Of a stretch of 64,000 nucleotides of DNA, positions 41,559 to 54,668 are shown piece by piece. The translations under genes were made by a program, and so were the position numbers. The stretch lies in assembly GCA_951406725.2 (NCBI GenBank), contig OX597832.1:49538001-49602000 (forward strand). Reading direction: 5' to 3'. Under the pieces are notes generated by a model, which saw nothing but the letters and a program-made list of their open reading frames with translations, did not search any database and was not told where the DNA came from. Source of the stretch: Octopus vulgaris. Lineage: Eukaryota. Positions within the stretch are counted from its first letter, which is position 1. Every line of letters begins with the position of its first letter.

Positions 41559-41560
<2 letters not shown>
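41420..41560 (-). mobile_element. Short TA-embedded insert with a partial hammerhead (3' half)
   Basis: Minus strand reads cg-ggaa-cgt-GAAAC-TCTGA-GTA-acag, then AATAAA downstream. The CUGANGA half is absent, and (TA)n lies on both sides. Confidence 0.55.
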
Positions 41561-41627
<67 letters not shown>

Positions 41628-41854
41628 TGTTTGACAATATATATATATATATATGTCTCTACTACACTATATACAGCTTCCTGTTAAACCACCATATAGA
41701 TAAGTTTTTTTATTGGCCACACAGGGCTGCACACAGATGGGACAAGTTACAAGGTAGAGCTTTTCTTTTGGGGGATGAAAAAAAGGGGGTGGCGTAGGTT
41801 TTCGATCAAGAGGGATCGTAAAAGGGAAGAAAAGAACAACAAAGATTGACAGGC

Positions 41855-41924
<70 letters not shown>

Positions 41925-43348
41925 ATTCATAGGTAGATAGATAGATGTACATGATTGTATAGGAGCGTGTATATATGTGTATTCGTATATAGCACGGAGG
42001 AAATGAAAACATCATGGCCACTACCTCCCACTACACCCTCTACTTCCACTACCACCACCTGTCCCCTTATGAATAAGAGCCAAAAATAGTTCAACATCTC
42101 CGCCACCACATCCACAAACCTTTCAGCACCTACACCATCATCACTAGTTCTACCACCCTACTATCACCATCACCACCGCCGTACCACCTCCGAACACCCA
42201 TAGCTACCACTACCACTGTCATCACTATCACCACCACCACCACCATCACCACAACAACCACCACCACACCACTACCACCACCACACCACTATCGCCACCA
42301 CACCACTACCACCACCACACCACTACCACCACCACACCACTACCGCCACCACACCACTACCATCACCACACTACCACCACCACCACCAGTGTCATCACCA
42401 CCACCATCACCCCAACCACCACCACCACACCACTGCCACCGTGGTACCACTACCACCACCACCATCACTGCTACCAAGAGCACCGTACCACCTCACAACA
42501 CCCACAACTACCACCACCGCTGCCATCACCATCACTATCACCACCATCACCACTGCAACTACCACCACACCACTACCACCACCACACCACTACCACCACC
42601 ACACCACTACCACCACCACACCACTACCACCACCACACCCTTACCATCACCACACCACCACCACCAGTGTCATCACCACCACCATCACCACAACAACCAC
42701 CACCACACCACTACCGTACCACCTCACAACACCTACAACTACCACCACCAGTGCCATCACCGCCACTATCACAATTACCACCACCATCACCGCAACATCC
42801 ACCACCGTCGCCACTACCACCAGCACCATGCTATTATCAAAGCCACTACCACCATCACCACTGCCACCCGCATCGGTTCGCCATCTACGCCACAACCTCC
42901 GCTAAATACTAACATACGCCCTTACTAGCTAAACATGCCCACATTATTTTTCAGTCATTTAAGCAATAACAATTTGAAAATTCGACTTACTAAGACAAAA
43001 TGCTTTGACTCGTATTATAACCCGTCGCTAGATGTGGGAGTGTTTGGGTAAGGGTGACGGTAGTGTGTGTCTGTGTGTCTATGTATATGTGTGTATGTAC
43101 CTTTATCATAAGGGAATAAGTATGTATAAACACATTTATTTACTCTTTTCTGCTCTTTTACTCTTTTACACGTTTCAGTCATATGACTGAGGCCATGCTG
43201 GAGCACAGCCTTTAGTCGAACAATATAACGGACATAATAGAAATCAATATGCACAAGTCAAATTTGAAACACTACTACATCACATAAAAAACGACAGCGC
43301 TTAAATGGCAGCCATTTTCGGGTTCGCACGCCCGTGCTCTTTTCAAAA

Positions 43349-43583
43349 CCTATTTCTTTACTACCCACAGGAGGCTAAACACAGAGGGGACAAACAAGGA
43401 CAGACAAACGGATTAAGTCGATTATATCGACCCCAGTGCGTAACTGGTACCTAATTAATCAACCCCGAAAGGATGAAAGGCAAAGTCGACCTCGACGGAA
43501 TTTGAACTCAGAATGTAAAGGCACACGAAATACCGCTAAGCATTTCGCCCGGCATGCTAATGTCTCTGCCAGCTCGCCGCCTT
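43349..43583 (-). mobile_element. SINE family B monomer
   Basis: Complete head-core-tail. The motif ctcttttcaaaa recurs on both sides. Confidence 0.85.
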
Positions 43584-43648
43584 TTCAAAAGGCTCTTTTC
43601 AAAACCGGCACCATAACACCCTCAAGTGTTTCAGACCCCGCTTCTCTG

Positions 43649-43910
43649 ATTTCTCTAATGATGTTCTCCTTCAGTTGCATAGGGTCTCCGGTTGGTTGAT
43701 GTAAACCCTCTCTTTCAAGTATCCCCACAAGAAGCAATCCGGACTAGTCAAATCTGGGGAACGTGAAGGCCAGTTGACATTGCCGTAGCGGAGATTATTC
43801 TCTCTCTCTCTGAAGCACTGCCGTAGCAACTGCATTGTTTCTCTTACGGTATGAGGAGTTGCCCCGTCTTGCTGGAACCATGTGTGAGGTCTACTTTGAA
43901 TAGTCTTCAT
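43649..43910 (-). pseudogene. Tc1/mariner-superfamily transposase fragment (rosa/DD41D-like)
   Basis: WFQQDGATPHT...WPSRSPDLTSPDCFLWGYLKERVY. I count 42 residues between the last two catalytic aspartates, with an (AG)n slippage tract inside the interval. Confidence 0.85.
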
Positions 43911-44036
43911 GACTAGTCTGAATGACTAGTCCGGACTTTTCTACTAGTGATATCTAAAAGAGATGGTTTACGTCAACAAACCGGAGACCCTCGTGCATCT
44001 GAAGGAGAACATCAATAGAGCAATACATACATTAAT

Positions 44037-44278
44037 CATGTCTGTCGGGCATGTGGAAGAGAGTGTAATTCGGCAGGAGGACTTAAACGACATGCAAAGG
44101 TACATGAAGCCCAGTTACAACTACAACCGGCCATTGCCGGTAAAGGTTTTAGTTGCCAATTCTGTACAAGACATTGTAGATCTTTAGCTGGGCTAAAAAG
44201 TCACATTCGATCACAGCACAAGTAACAGTTAAGCTTCGTGCAATGGCCATACTCGATAAAGAGAGGGCAGCCATAATT
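44037..44278 (+). mobile_element. Probable RTE-type LINE 3' end encoding two C2H2 zinc fingers
   Basis: Frame 44037-44225 reads HVCRACGRECNSAGGLKRHAKVH...CQFCTRHCRSLAGLKSHIRSQHK*. The same GGLKRH/AGLKSH motifs follow the RTE domain at 7570-8310. Confidence 0.7.
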
Positions 44279-44329
<51 letters not shown>

Positions 44330-45237
44330 GTGTGTGTGTGTGTGTGTATACACCCGTATTCGCGCGCACTCTTAGCCAAGTTGATTGCTTTTTTAGACCA
44401 GTTTACACGTAGCCCGCTTGGGCATAATCTTGCATAATCTTGGTGACTTGATTATAAGCATTTTGCTGGATCTGAAGAGAAACCTACTCAGAAAGATTAT
44501 GTTATCGATCATACTACGGAATAAAATGTGTCCTCGAGTCCACGTACGTAATTCAGTTACATCTTTGAAGTTTTGAAGTCATAGATAAACCACTGTTTGC
44601 TATGTCAAATCTTATTCTAACCTCATCTTCGGAATATTGATAAAATGTATTTATCGTGATGAAAGCGAAGAATGATAAAAGAGTGTTTACACGTATCAAT
44701 GTACATTATAGATGCTTGCATGCATCAACAGCATATACCTATAAATAACAACACCCACGCCTCCCACAGGACACTTACTAACAAAAATAAGTTCACTTCG
44801 AGGATGACCAAATGGATGGACCCTGATGAGGTTGTAGTGACAATATTGCAAGGCTGTATTTGTAACAGTGAGTATTCAGTGAAGCGGAAACACGTATAGG
44901 CCGTTATAATATGCTGTATATAACTATAAAAGAAATTTTGTGGATGTGCAAGTTTCCATAGTCTTTATTATTAATATTAATATACAATCCGGACAATTTT
45001 TACTGTCCGGCGAAAAGAACAGGGAATTACCCATATGAAGAATTCACGGAGTGACTAACAATGAAATGCAGTCACAGACGTTAGATACTGATCGAGGTGC
45101 AGGGATGTCTGTGTGGTAAGAAGCTTGGGTTTAGTCCCATTGCATGGCACCTTGAGGAAGTATCATCTACTATAGCCTCGGACCGATCAAAGCCTTGTGA
45201 GTGAATCTGGTAGGCGGAAACTGAAAGAAGCCCGTCG

Positions 45238-45270
<33 letters not shown>

Positions 45271-45530
45271 TTGGTATGTTTACATCCCCGTAACTGGGCG
45301 GTTCGTCAAAGGAGATCGATGGAATAAGTACTAGGCTTACGACGAATAAGTCCTGGGGGTCACTTTGTTCGACTAAAGGCGGTTCTCCAGCATTGAAAAA
45401 TTAAAATGTATAAAACACGGGGCATATACTGGATTGCCTCGTGTATAAATATTTAATCTAATATGTACTTGCTGAAGAAGACTTCGCCTAGCAAATTATT
45501 TTATTTGCTAAAAAAAGTCTCAAACCATTT

Positions 45531-46171
45531 GAGAGAGAGAGAGAATGTTGTATTAAATCTCTGAGGGAAATATAAACAGTAGCAGTACGGAACCGTAACA
45601 TATATTTGCAATCTAAGTGTAGCGTCCTACACAGGACAGTACTACTAATGTTTATAGCCCCAGGAAGACATCTCCTCCAGCTAGCTAACGACACACATTG
45701 TGTCCGATTAGCATTTGCAAGGAGAGGTCATCGCTCCCATTTCTAGCCCTACGTGATACACACGGACTCGAGTTTCTGGCTGATTACCCGTCCTCAGCCT
45801 GTGTTAATCACCGGCTAGTGATGGAAACTCATTTCACTTGCAAATTACTGTATATTTTTCTAGCGACTCACTATAGTTGATCACGTAGAAGAGAGAGAAT
45901 GTTATATTTAATCTCAGAGCGAGATATAAAAAGTAGCAGTACGGAACCACAACATATATTTGCCAACTCAGTGTGGCGTCCTATATAGGACAGTGCTATT
46001 GATGTTTATAACACCAGGAAGACATCTCCTCCGGCTGGCTAACTATACATTCTGTGTCCGATTAGTATTTGCGAGGGGAGGTCATTGCTTACATCTCTAG
46101 CCTTACGTGATACCCACAGACACAGGTTTCTGGATGGTTACCCTTCCTCAGCGTGTGTTAATCACCAGCTA
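45531..46171 (-). mobile_element. Diverged tandem dimer (354-bp unit) related to the 9907 hammerhead element
   Basis: gaatgtt recurs at 45543 and 45897. Motifs aatctcagagcgag, gccccagga-gacayctcctccagct and gatacacacggactcgagtttc are shared with 9907-10260. Confidence 0.85.
45759..45803 (-). ncRNA. Type I minimal hammerhead (CUGAGGA core); decayed second copy at 46113-46157
   Basis: cacagg-CTGAGGA-cgggtaatcagcca-GAAAC-TCGA-GTC-cgtgtg. The second copy reads cacacg-CTGAGGA...GAAAC-CTGT-GTC-tgtggg. Confidence 0.7.
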
Positions 46172-46411
46172 ATTACTCCTATTTGTTATTACTTGTTACT
46201 TCTATTAAAAATTTTAAATAACTCAAATTTTTTTTTTGCATTTAAAAAATTCATTTTTTTAATTATTAATTAATAATTTGAAAATAGGTTATAAAAAATA
46301 CTAGTTGTACAATAAATAGAATAATACAAAAATTAGTTATATATTACAGTAAAAGCTACCAGCGTGGCCGCAGTCTAATGACAGAGACAAATATAAGATA
46401 TGTATATATAT

Positions 46412-46501
<90 letters not shown>

Positions 46502-46565
46502 CATATATACATATACATACATACATACATACATACATACATACATACATACATACATACATACA

Positions 46566-46596
<31 letters not shown>

Positions 46597-46698
46597 GTAC
46601 ATATACATATATCATATATCGTGAAATTTGATTTAGTATTATTAAATTGAATTTTCCCTGTAAGTTTGGAATAATATTCCCTAATATCATATATATAC

Positions 46699-46770
<72 letters not shown>

Positions 46771-47189
46771 GTAAGTATGTATGTATGTATGTATGTATGT
46801 ATGGATCTATGGATCTATGTATGTATGTATGTATGTATATATATAAATATATATGTGTGTGTGTGTGTGTGTGTAGGTTGGTAGGTAGGTAGGTAGGTAG
46901 GTGGGTTCAAACTTTACCAATCTTCTAGACTTTATATTGACTATATAAAACTATTTTTAACAAAGAAATGCCATAACAAGATGAGTGATAGGTTGGCCAA
47001 TAAACTGATAGCTGTCAGCAGACGATAGCTCCAGTATTAGAAACGATGGAACATCTCAGAATTTGTCTTCTGTTGCAATATAAAAAAAAAGGTTTTTGAA
47101 TCATTCTGAAAATTCAAATTTATTAGAATTCTTATTGATATTTCCATCAAGTGCTTTATTTTCTCTTTAAAATATTACATTCTTTTAAT

Positions 47190-47656
47190 CCTTTATTCTT
47201 TTACTTGTTTCAGTAATTTGAATGCGGCCATGCTGGGGCACCGCCTTGAAAAAGTTTTAGTTGAATGCATCGACTGCAGTACTTATTTTCTTATGAGCCT
47301 GGCACTTATCCGATCCGTCTCTTCAGCCGAACCGCTAAGTTACGGGTTCGTAAACACACCATCAAGCGGTGGAGGAGGGACAAATACAGACACAAAGACA
47401 CACACACACACACACACACGCACGCACACACATACACACACGCACACACACACGCATGCACGCACACACATACACGCACATACATACATATACACGACGA
47501 ACTTCTTTCAGCTTCCGTCTACCAAATCCATTCACAAGGTTTTGGTTAGCCCGAGTCTATAGCAGACACTTGCCCAAGGTACCACGCAGTGGGACTGAAC
47601 CCGAAACCATCTGGTTGAGAAGCAAGCTTCTTACCACACAGCCATGCCTGCGCCTA
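47190..47656 (-). mobile_element. SINE family A
   Basis: Tail, internal CA tract and head motifs are all present. Confidence 0.85.
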
Positions 47657-47749
47657 CATATGAGGCATTGTTTAAAACGGAAATCATGACTCTCTTCATT
47701 CTACGAATAAGCCACAAGTGGACATTTTTATAACAAAGAAAAAATCAGA

Positions 47750-49058
47750 CAGTAACCCCTCGACTATCGCGGTTGTTACGTTCCAAACCCCACCTCCGCG
47801 ATAGGTGAAAATCCGCGAAGTAGAAACAGTACTGTATTACTCTTTTACTCCTTTACTTGTTTCAGTCATTTGGCTGCGGCCATACTGGAGCACCGCCTTT
47901 AGTCGAGCAAATCGACCCTGGGACTTATTCTTTGTAAGCCTAGTACTTATTCTATCGGTCTCTTTTGCCGAACCGCTAAGTGACGGGGACGTAAACACAC
48001 CAGCATCGGTTGTCAAGCAATGCTAGGGAGACAAACACAGACACACAAACACACACACACACACATTTACATATATACATATATACGACAGGCTTCTTTC
48101 AGTTTCCGTCTACCAAATCCACTCACAAGGCATTGGGCGGCCCGAAGCTATAGTAGAAGACACTTGCCCAAGGTGACACGCAGTGGGACTGAACCCGGAA
48201 CCATGTGGCTGGTTAGCAAGCTACTTACCACACAGCCACTCCTGCGACTAAATTTTTTGAAGTATTTTTATAATTTGCATATATTTATTTTATTATAAAT
48301 GCAAAACAACACCACAGAGGAATCGACGTAAGCTTAAATAATAAACCGCGATAAGTGAACCGCGATACGAAGCTAAAGTAGAAGACACTTGCCCAAGGTT
48401 CCACGCAGTGGGACTGAACCCGGAACCATGTGGCTGGTTAGCAAGCTACTTACCACACAGCCACTCCTGCGCCTATATTTTTTAAAGTATTTTTATAATT
48501 TGCATATATTTATTTTATTATAAATGCAAAACAACACCACAGAGGAATCGACGTAAGCTTAAATAATAAACCGCGATAAGTGAACCGCGATACGAAGCTA
48601 AAGTAGAAGACACTTGCCCAAGGTTCCACGCAGTGGGACTGAACCCGGAACCATGTGGCTGGTTAGCAAGCTACTTACCACACAGCCACTCCTGCGCCTA
48701 TATTTTTTAAAGTATTTTTATAATTTGCATATATTTATTTTATTATAAATGCAAAACAACACCACAGAGGAATCGACGTAAGCTTAAATAATAAACCGCG
48801 ATAAGTGAACCGCGATACGAAGCTAAAGTAGAAGACACTTGCCCAAGGTTCCACGCAGTGGGACTGAACCCGGAACCATGTGGCTGGTTAGCAAGCTACT
48901 TACCACACAGCCACTCCTGCGCCTATATTTTTTAAAGTATTTTTATAATTTGTATATATTCATTTTATTATAAATGCAAAACAACACCACGGAGGAATCG
49001 ACGTAAGCTTAAATAATAAACCGCGATAAGTGAACCGCGATACGGCGAAGGATTATTG
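47750..49058. mobile_element. Tigger/pogo-like MITE interrupted by a SINE A (47838-48248, minus)
   Basis: Imperfect TIRs cagtaacccctcgactatcgcgg and ccgcgatacggcgaaggattattg, with TA after the right end. Confidence 0.7.
48143..49044. repeat. Tandem array of 4 x 225 bp (SINE A head plus MITE right part)
   Basis: cgaagcta starts at 48143, 48368, 48593 and 48818. Confidence 0.95.
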
Positions 49059-49730
49059 TATTATGTTTGTTCTCAATGCTAAATTTACAACACGGTATCG
49101 CATTTTTTGCTTGTTTGTTTGCTTTTGCTTGAGTCCCAGAACTCATAAGACCCGTTACTCCGTTTACATGGCGCATGAGTAACCGAGACTGCAACATTTA
49201 CTTTGAACGAGACGCTTGTCTTTCGCAGGGTCTAAGACCAATAATTTGAGGTCAAGTCGATTACATCGACCTCCAGACGTGATCGTTACTTTATTTTATG
49301 GAACGTGAAAGGATTATAAGAAAAATTGACTTCAGCGGGATTTGAGCCGCAAACGTCAAGAACCTAAAAGAAAATTGTTTAATATCTTGTCCAGCCTGCT
49401 AACGATTCAGCCAGCACACCATCTTGTTATCAGACGTGGGTTCAGAAAAGGCTTCAATAATGGGGGGGAAATACAAAAACATTTTTAATCAATTTCTCCT
49501 ACATAAGCTGAAAATATTAATGAACACAACTTTTGATAAAATTAATGGAAAACATTGACGTGCAGGGACAGGTAAGGTTGTGGGGCTAAGAAGCATTCTT
49601 TGCAATCACGGAGTTTCGGGTTCAATCCTTCTGTGTAGGGCCTAGGGAAAGTGCTTTCTACTGTATCCCGAGCTAATCAATGCCTTCTGAGCGAATTTGG
49701 TAGACGAAAAGTGTGTGGGATCCAGTCGTT

Positions 49731-49832
<102 letters not shown>

Positions 49833-50122
49833 CATGTATTTGTGCATGTTTCTGTGTTTTTCACCACTTGCCAACCGGTTTTGGCTTGTTTATAGCTTGG
49901 TATTTCAGTAAAAGAGACTACTCATAATTAGTACCAGATTTGGAAAATAAGTACTGGGCTCTATTTGTTCGATTAAACCCTTCAAAAATGTGCCACAGCA
50001 TGGCCGCATTACAATGACTAAGGACAAGTAAAAGAATAACCACTAAGGCTAACTCGGCTTACTGTTTTTTAAAAAGAAACCCAACATTGCCCGACATAGA
50101 AAAACGACGTACAGCCTTAAAT

Positions 50123-50770
50123 CAGTGGTTCTCCATCATTTTTTTTTTTTTTTGCCTATGAACCCTTTTGATCCCTATTTTACCCGGGAAGACCCTCATA
50201 GCCATTCCATGTTTTAAAAAATCAAATTATATTTTTATACTTAAATATTATAAAGAATTGTATTTAAAAACTAGCAGTATCGTCCGGCATTGCTCGGGTT
50301 TGTTTCGACCCTTTAGAATTGGAATTTTTTTTAAATTTTGCATTATGTAGCTTGTTATTCTCTTTAAGTGAACATTTTTCTGGTTGAAATACACCGAAAA
50401 ATGGCGACATAGCAGTCAAAAAATCGTAAAAAGTAGGGATTTTCATAGAAAAAAAAGCACCTTTTTGATGTAAATAATTTTTGGTGTTAACATGGTCCGA
50501 TTTGAATTTTTTCTTCTAAGGAAGGAAGAGCAAGCCTTCTTCTATTATACTCTTAATTTTGGTCAACGTGCACCGCAGGGTCTCGGAGGAGATAGTGTTA
50601 TTTGAAGGCTACCAAACCTGCCACACACAGACAACTTCAGCTTTATATAGAGAGAGATTGCTAAAATATTTTGAGCATAGTAGAAGTATAAGCAATTTAA
50701 TGGACATAAATTTTTACAAGAAAATCTAAGGACCTTCAAGGGCCATATGGACCCCTACTGAGAACCATTG
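50123..50770. mobile_element. hAT-type MITE hosting a Helitron
   Basis: TIRs cagtggttctc and gagaaccattg, with 8-bp flanks ccttaaat and ctctaaat (decayed TSD). Confidence 0.75.
50271..50657 (-). mobile_element. Non-autonomous Helitron
   Basis: Minus strand starts TCTCTCTCTATATAAAG and ends cccgagcaatgccggacgatactgCTAG, the same 3' terminus as 21351-21750. A|T insertion site. Confidence 0.85.
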
Positions 50771-51134
50771 CTCTAAATCAAGAATGTAATGAATTTAGAG
50801 ACCGGATTCAATTCGCGATTTCTAGAACTCCTTTTACAGAGAATATTACAGAAACAACAGGCAAGAAATCAAATTTTCAGTAAAATGTTTGAAAAAATTA
50901 ATAAATTACAAATGTGTAATATAATTAAGAAAGCTTCATTAATTTTAAGGAATTCTAAATTTGTGATTTATTATTTTTTCTAAAATATGAATTAGATTAT
51001 TGTTCGACAACAATTTTTTTCTTGATTTAGTAAAATTGAGAAACAACTTCAGCAGAAGATATTTATAACGTTAAATGATGCGGGATTTGACACAAAATAT
51101 TTTAATGAAAAGTGTTATAACGTTTTGCTCTTTT

Positions 51135-51950
51135 CTACTCTAGGCACAAGGCCCGAAATTTTGGGGGAGGGCCCAGTCGATTAGATCGACTCCTGTACGC
51201 AACTGGTACTTAGTTTGTCCACCTCGAAAGGATGAAAGGCAAAGTCGACCTCGGCGGAATTTGAACTCAGAACGTAGCGGCAGACGAAATACCTATGTCA
51301 TTACTACCCACAAGGGGCTAAACACAGAGGGGACAAACAAGGACAGACAAACGGATTAAGTCGATTATATCGACCCCCAGTGCGCAACTGGTACTTAGTT
51401 TATCGACCTCGAAAGGATGAAAGGCAAAGTCGACCTCGGCGGAATTTGAATTCAGGGCGTAAAGACAGACGATATGCCGCTAAGCATTTCGCCCGAGGTG
51501 CTAACGTTTCTGCCAGCTCACCACCTTAATAAGTGACGAAAGAAGTGCCACATTTGGTGAAAATCGTAAGCACGCTGGACGAAATGCTTAGCAGTATTTC
51601 ACCCGTCGCTACGTTCTGAGTTCAAATTCTGCCGAGGTCGACTTTGCCTTTCGTCCTTTCGGAGTCGATAAATTAAGTAGCAATGAAACACTGGGGGTCA
51701 ATGTAATCGATTTAATCCCTTCCCCCAAATTTGAGGCCTTGTGCTTGCAGTAGGAAAGAAATGTTTGCGCGTCGGGTAAAATTCTTAGCGGCATTGCGTC
51801 CGTTTTTTTATGTTCTGAGTTAAAATTCTGCCAAAGTCGACTTTGCCTTTCGGGGTCAATAAAATAAGTACCAGTTGAACTCTGTGGTCAAGGTAATCGA
51901 CTTAACCCCGTCCCCCAAACTTGATGGCCTTATACCAAAATTTGAAATTG
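51135..51950. mobile_element. SINE family B cluster (minus dimer 51135-51527, two plus copies)
   Basis: Repeated B cores, with the dimer junction at about 51291. Confidence 0.85.
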
Positions 51951-52034
51951 CAGTTTGTTTTAAACGAGGTTAGTAAGGAAACAAATGAAATAGATCGTTA
52001 CACGATTTGTAACCTTTAGCTATATATCGTAGAG

Positions 52035-52253
52035 TAGTGCTTTTCAAAGTTTTTGCTGGAGCGGAACCCCAAGGAAACATTCCACTGGCTCGAGGAACCC
52101 CTGTGCAATAATTTAATAGTCTTATGCACACATATCTGCACAGGAGAATTAAAAATTACTGCCGATTTTAGCAGTTTTGTAACTTCTTGCGGAACCCCTG
52201 GACTGTACAGCCGGAACCCTAAGGTTCCACGGAATCCTGGTTGAAAACCACTG
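52035..52253. mobile_element. hAT-type MITE with perfect 8-bp TSD
   Basis: TSD tcgtagag at 52027-52034 and 52254-52261; TIRs tagtgcttttcaa and ttgaaaaccactg; subterminal ggaaccc motifs. Confidence 0.9.
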
Positions 52254-52837
52254 TCGTAGAGTATCTGCGTCGTTGAAAAGCCAGAAGCTGTAGTTTTACG
52301 TCCGGGAAAAAAAAATCCCTCTGTAGATGTATTGTGTTAGAATATTCACAATACTCCAGAACTAGCCGAAACGAAATTTAGCCGAGGAGAGCGCGACCGC
52401 GAGAGCAACTGGCTGATTCGGTCTCGTTTCGGAAGTGACACAAGTACGTGATATTGAAAAGCCGCAAAAACGGTGAAATATGTTTCTGGCGCTCTTGCAG
52501 GCGCTTCCGGGGAGATTTCGTTTCACCTAACTCTGAAGTATTTTCTGAGTTTTTTTTTTTTTTTTTTCAACACGATACGTCAATAAAGGAACTTTTCCTG
52601 GACGAAAAACTGCAACTTCTGACTTTTCAACAACTCATATACATTAAGTATATCATATAGATAAAGCTTTTACTCTAGAACTGCTTTTATTGCATAACTG
52701 GAAGGCTGTGATATATTCTTCATCAACCAGATAAAAGTTAGATGCGGCTTTTAAAAATCTACTATAATTCTCTGCATTGAATTAATCAAAATAAGCCGTA
52801 TTTTTTCCTTCGTTCACGACAGGTTTCTTGTGACATA

Positions 52838-53094
52838 AAATAAAATAAATGCGCCCTTTTATAGCCTAGCCAGGCATGGGCCCGGTTTCCAGGTTTAAAT
52901 GGCGTATGTGTTCCCCAACTGGACGGGACGCCAGTTCATCGCAGCGTTACTCATTTTTGCCAGCTGAGTGGATGGAGCAACGTGAAGTGAAGTGTTTTGC
53001 TCAAGAACACAACGCGTCGCCCGGTCCAGGAATCGAAACCACAATCTTACGATCATGGTGCTGACACCCTAACCACTAAGCCACTCGCCTCCAC
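52838..53094 (-). mobile_element. Full-length SINE family C
   Basis: Reverse complement matches 29984-30229, with an AT-rich tail on the left. Confidence 0.9.
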
Positions 53095-53879
53095 AATTAA
53101 TCAAAATAAGCTGTATTTTTTTTTTCCTTCTTTCACGACAGGCTTCTTGTGACATAGTAACTGCTAAAATGGTATATTTTCTTTTATTTGTTTTAGTCTT
53201 TTAACTGCGGCCATGCTGGGGCACCACATTGAAGGGTTTTAGTCAAACAAATCGACCCCAGTACTTATTTTAAGTTAGATACTTATTTTATCATTTCCCA
53301 TTCTCGAACTGCTAAGTTACGCGGATGAAAACGAAGCAACACCGGTTGTCAAGTGGTGGGCAGGACAAACAGACATGAATACACATACACGTATATATAA
53401 GTATGCGTGTATGTGTGCGCTCACGCGTGTGTATGTATGTATATATGTAACTGGCTTCCATACTGTTTCCGTTTGCCAAATTTACTTCCAAGCGTTAGTC
53501 GGCCCGAAACTAGTGAAGACAGTTATCCAAATTGCCACGCACTGAAACTGAATCCGAAACCTCGTGGTTGCAAAGCATGCTCCTTAACCACACAGCCATG
53601 TGCAGTTAAACCCCTTGTGCGTCTCGTATTTCTCCAACGATAAGAAAAGTTTCAAAAAGAAAGAATTTATAAACGAATTAGTTTCAACAATCGCCATTTT
53701 CGATGAATTTGTGTTATTATTACTAGCAATTTTTCCCCAGAGAATGCAATTAAATTTTTCACAAAAGCAGATAACCCCATCAAGCGTATGGCTATATTTT
53801 TTTTCATACGTAATTAAAAATAGTTTTGTTTTGCAAGAAAATATAATTAATTAACTCGCACAAATTAATGCATTGGAAT

Positions 53880-54668
53880 GGATAGAATTTTTTTTTATCA
53901 AAGATTTATAAACCATAGAGCGAAAAATAGTTATGGTGTGTATTATTGATAGAACGGAGGCAAGTTTACTAAGAGACTAACATTCTACGATTGAAGAAAG
54001 GATAATTTTAGATGAAGCAACACGTGAGTAGTCCACTACACTACTTCCCATAACTCAATTTGGCGTGGTATTTGGTCTGGAGTGCTACTGTTGAGATATT
54101 ACTACTGTTGTTCGTGATAAGCTGTAGAGTTAGCGCAGAGCAATAAACCTGACCCGTGGTTCAATGCCCACATCTTAACTATGTGTAAGGTTAAATCGAA
54201 AGTTCTCAATGTGTGTGGAGGTTCTCAATGAGAGGAGATTACTATGGTGGTATGCTGTCCATCTAAATGAAATAAGCGGAAAAAATTAATATCTGTAGTA
54301 ACCTAACAGTAACCTCCCAGGATACCTAGATGTTTCAGTAACTGCTCGCTCCTTCAGCCGGTGTTGAATGAGGCAGATATTCGTGAAGCTACACAAGAAA
54401 TAGCAGTTGACTGCGAAACAGTGACTGTAAAGCGGCAGAGACGCAGGAACGGAATGAAGCAAGCAGGTTTTTATATGATCAGTAAAATCTTGACTAGAAG
54501 AACTAAAAATCTGTCCGTTCATCGCAAGCTCCCGATGCCCCAACTCCAGAATATGGAGGAATTCATCTCGTGGTTATTCAAACTGTATATCGTACACAAT
54601 TCAACACACTTGTATAACATGTGACAGCTAATAAAACTGTTCCACACGAGCGTACAACTACCCTTTCA
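53880..54668 (+). mobile_element. Possible very decayed mariner-like transposase remnant
   Basis: Scattered translations resembling PLH..WRGIWSG and a degenerate WPPRSPD across frameshifts. No continuous ORF. Confidence 0.3.

Noticed and set aside
44820-45077. Two hammerhead-like traces (CTGATGA...GAAACACGTA; ctgt-CCGGCGA...GAAA-TGCA-GTC-acag)
   Set aside because: The first lacks stem I pairing. The second has core mutations and no stem II. Both are too degenerate to call.
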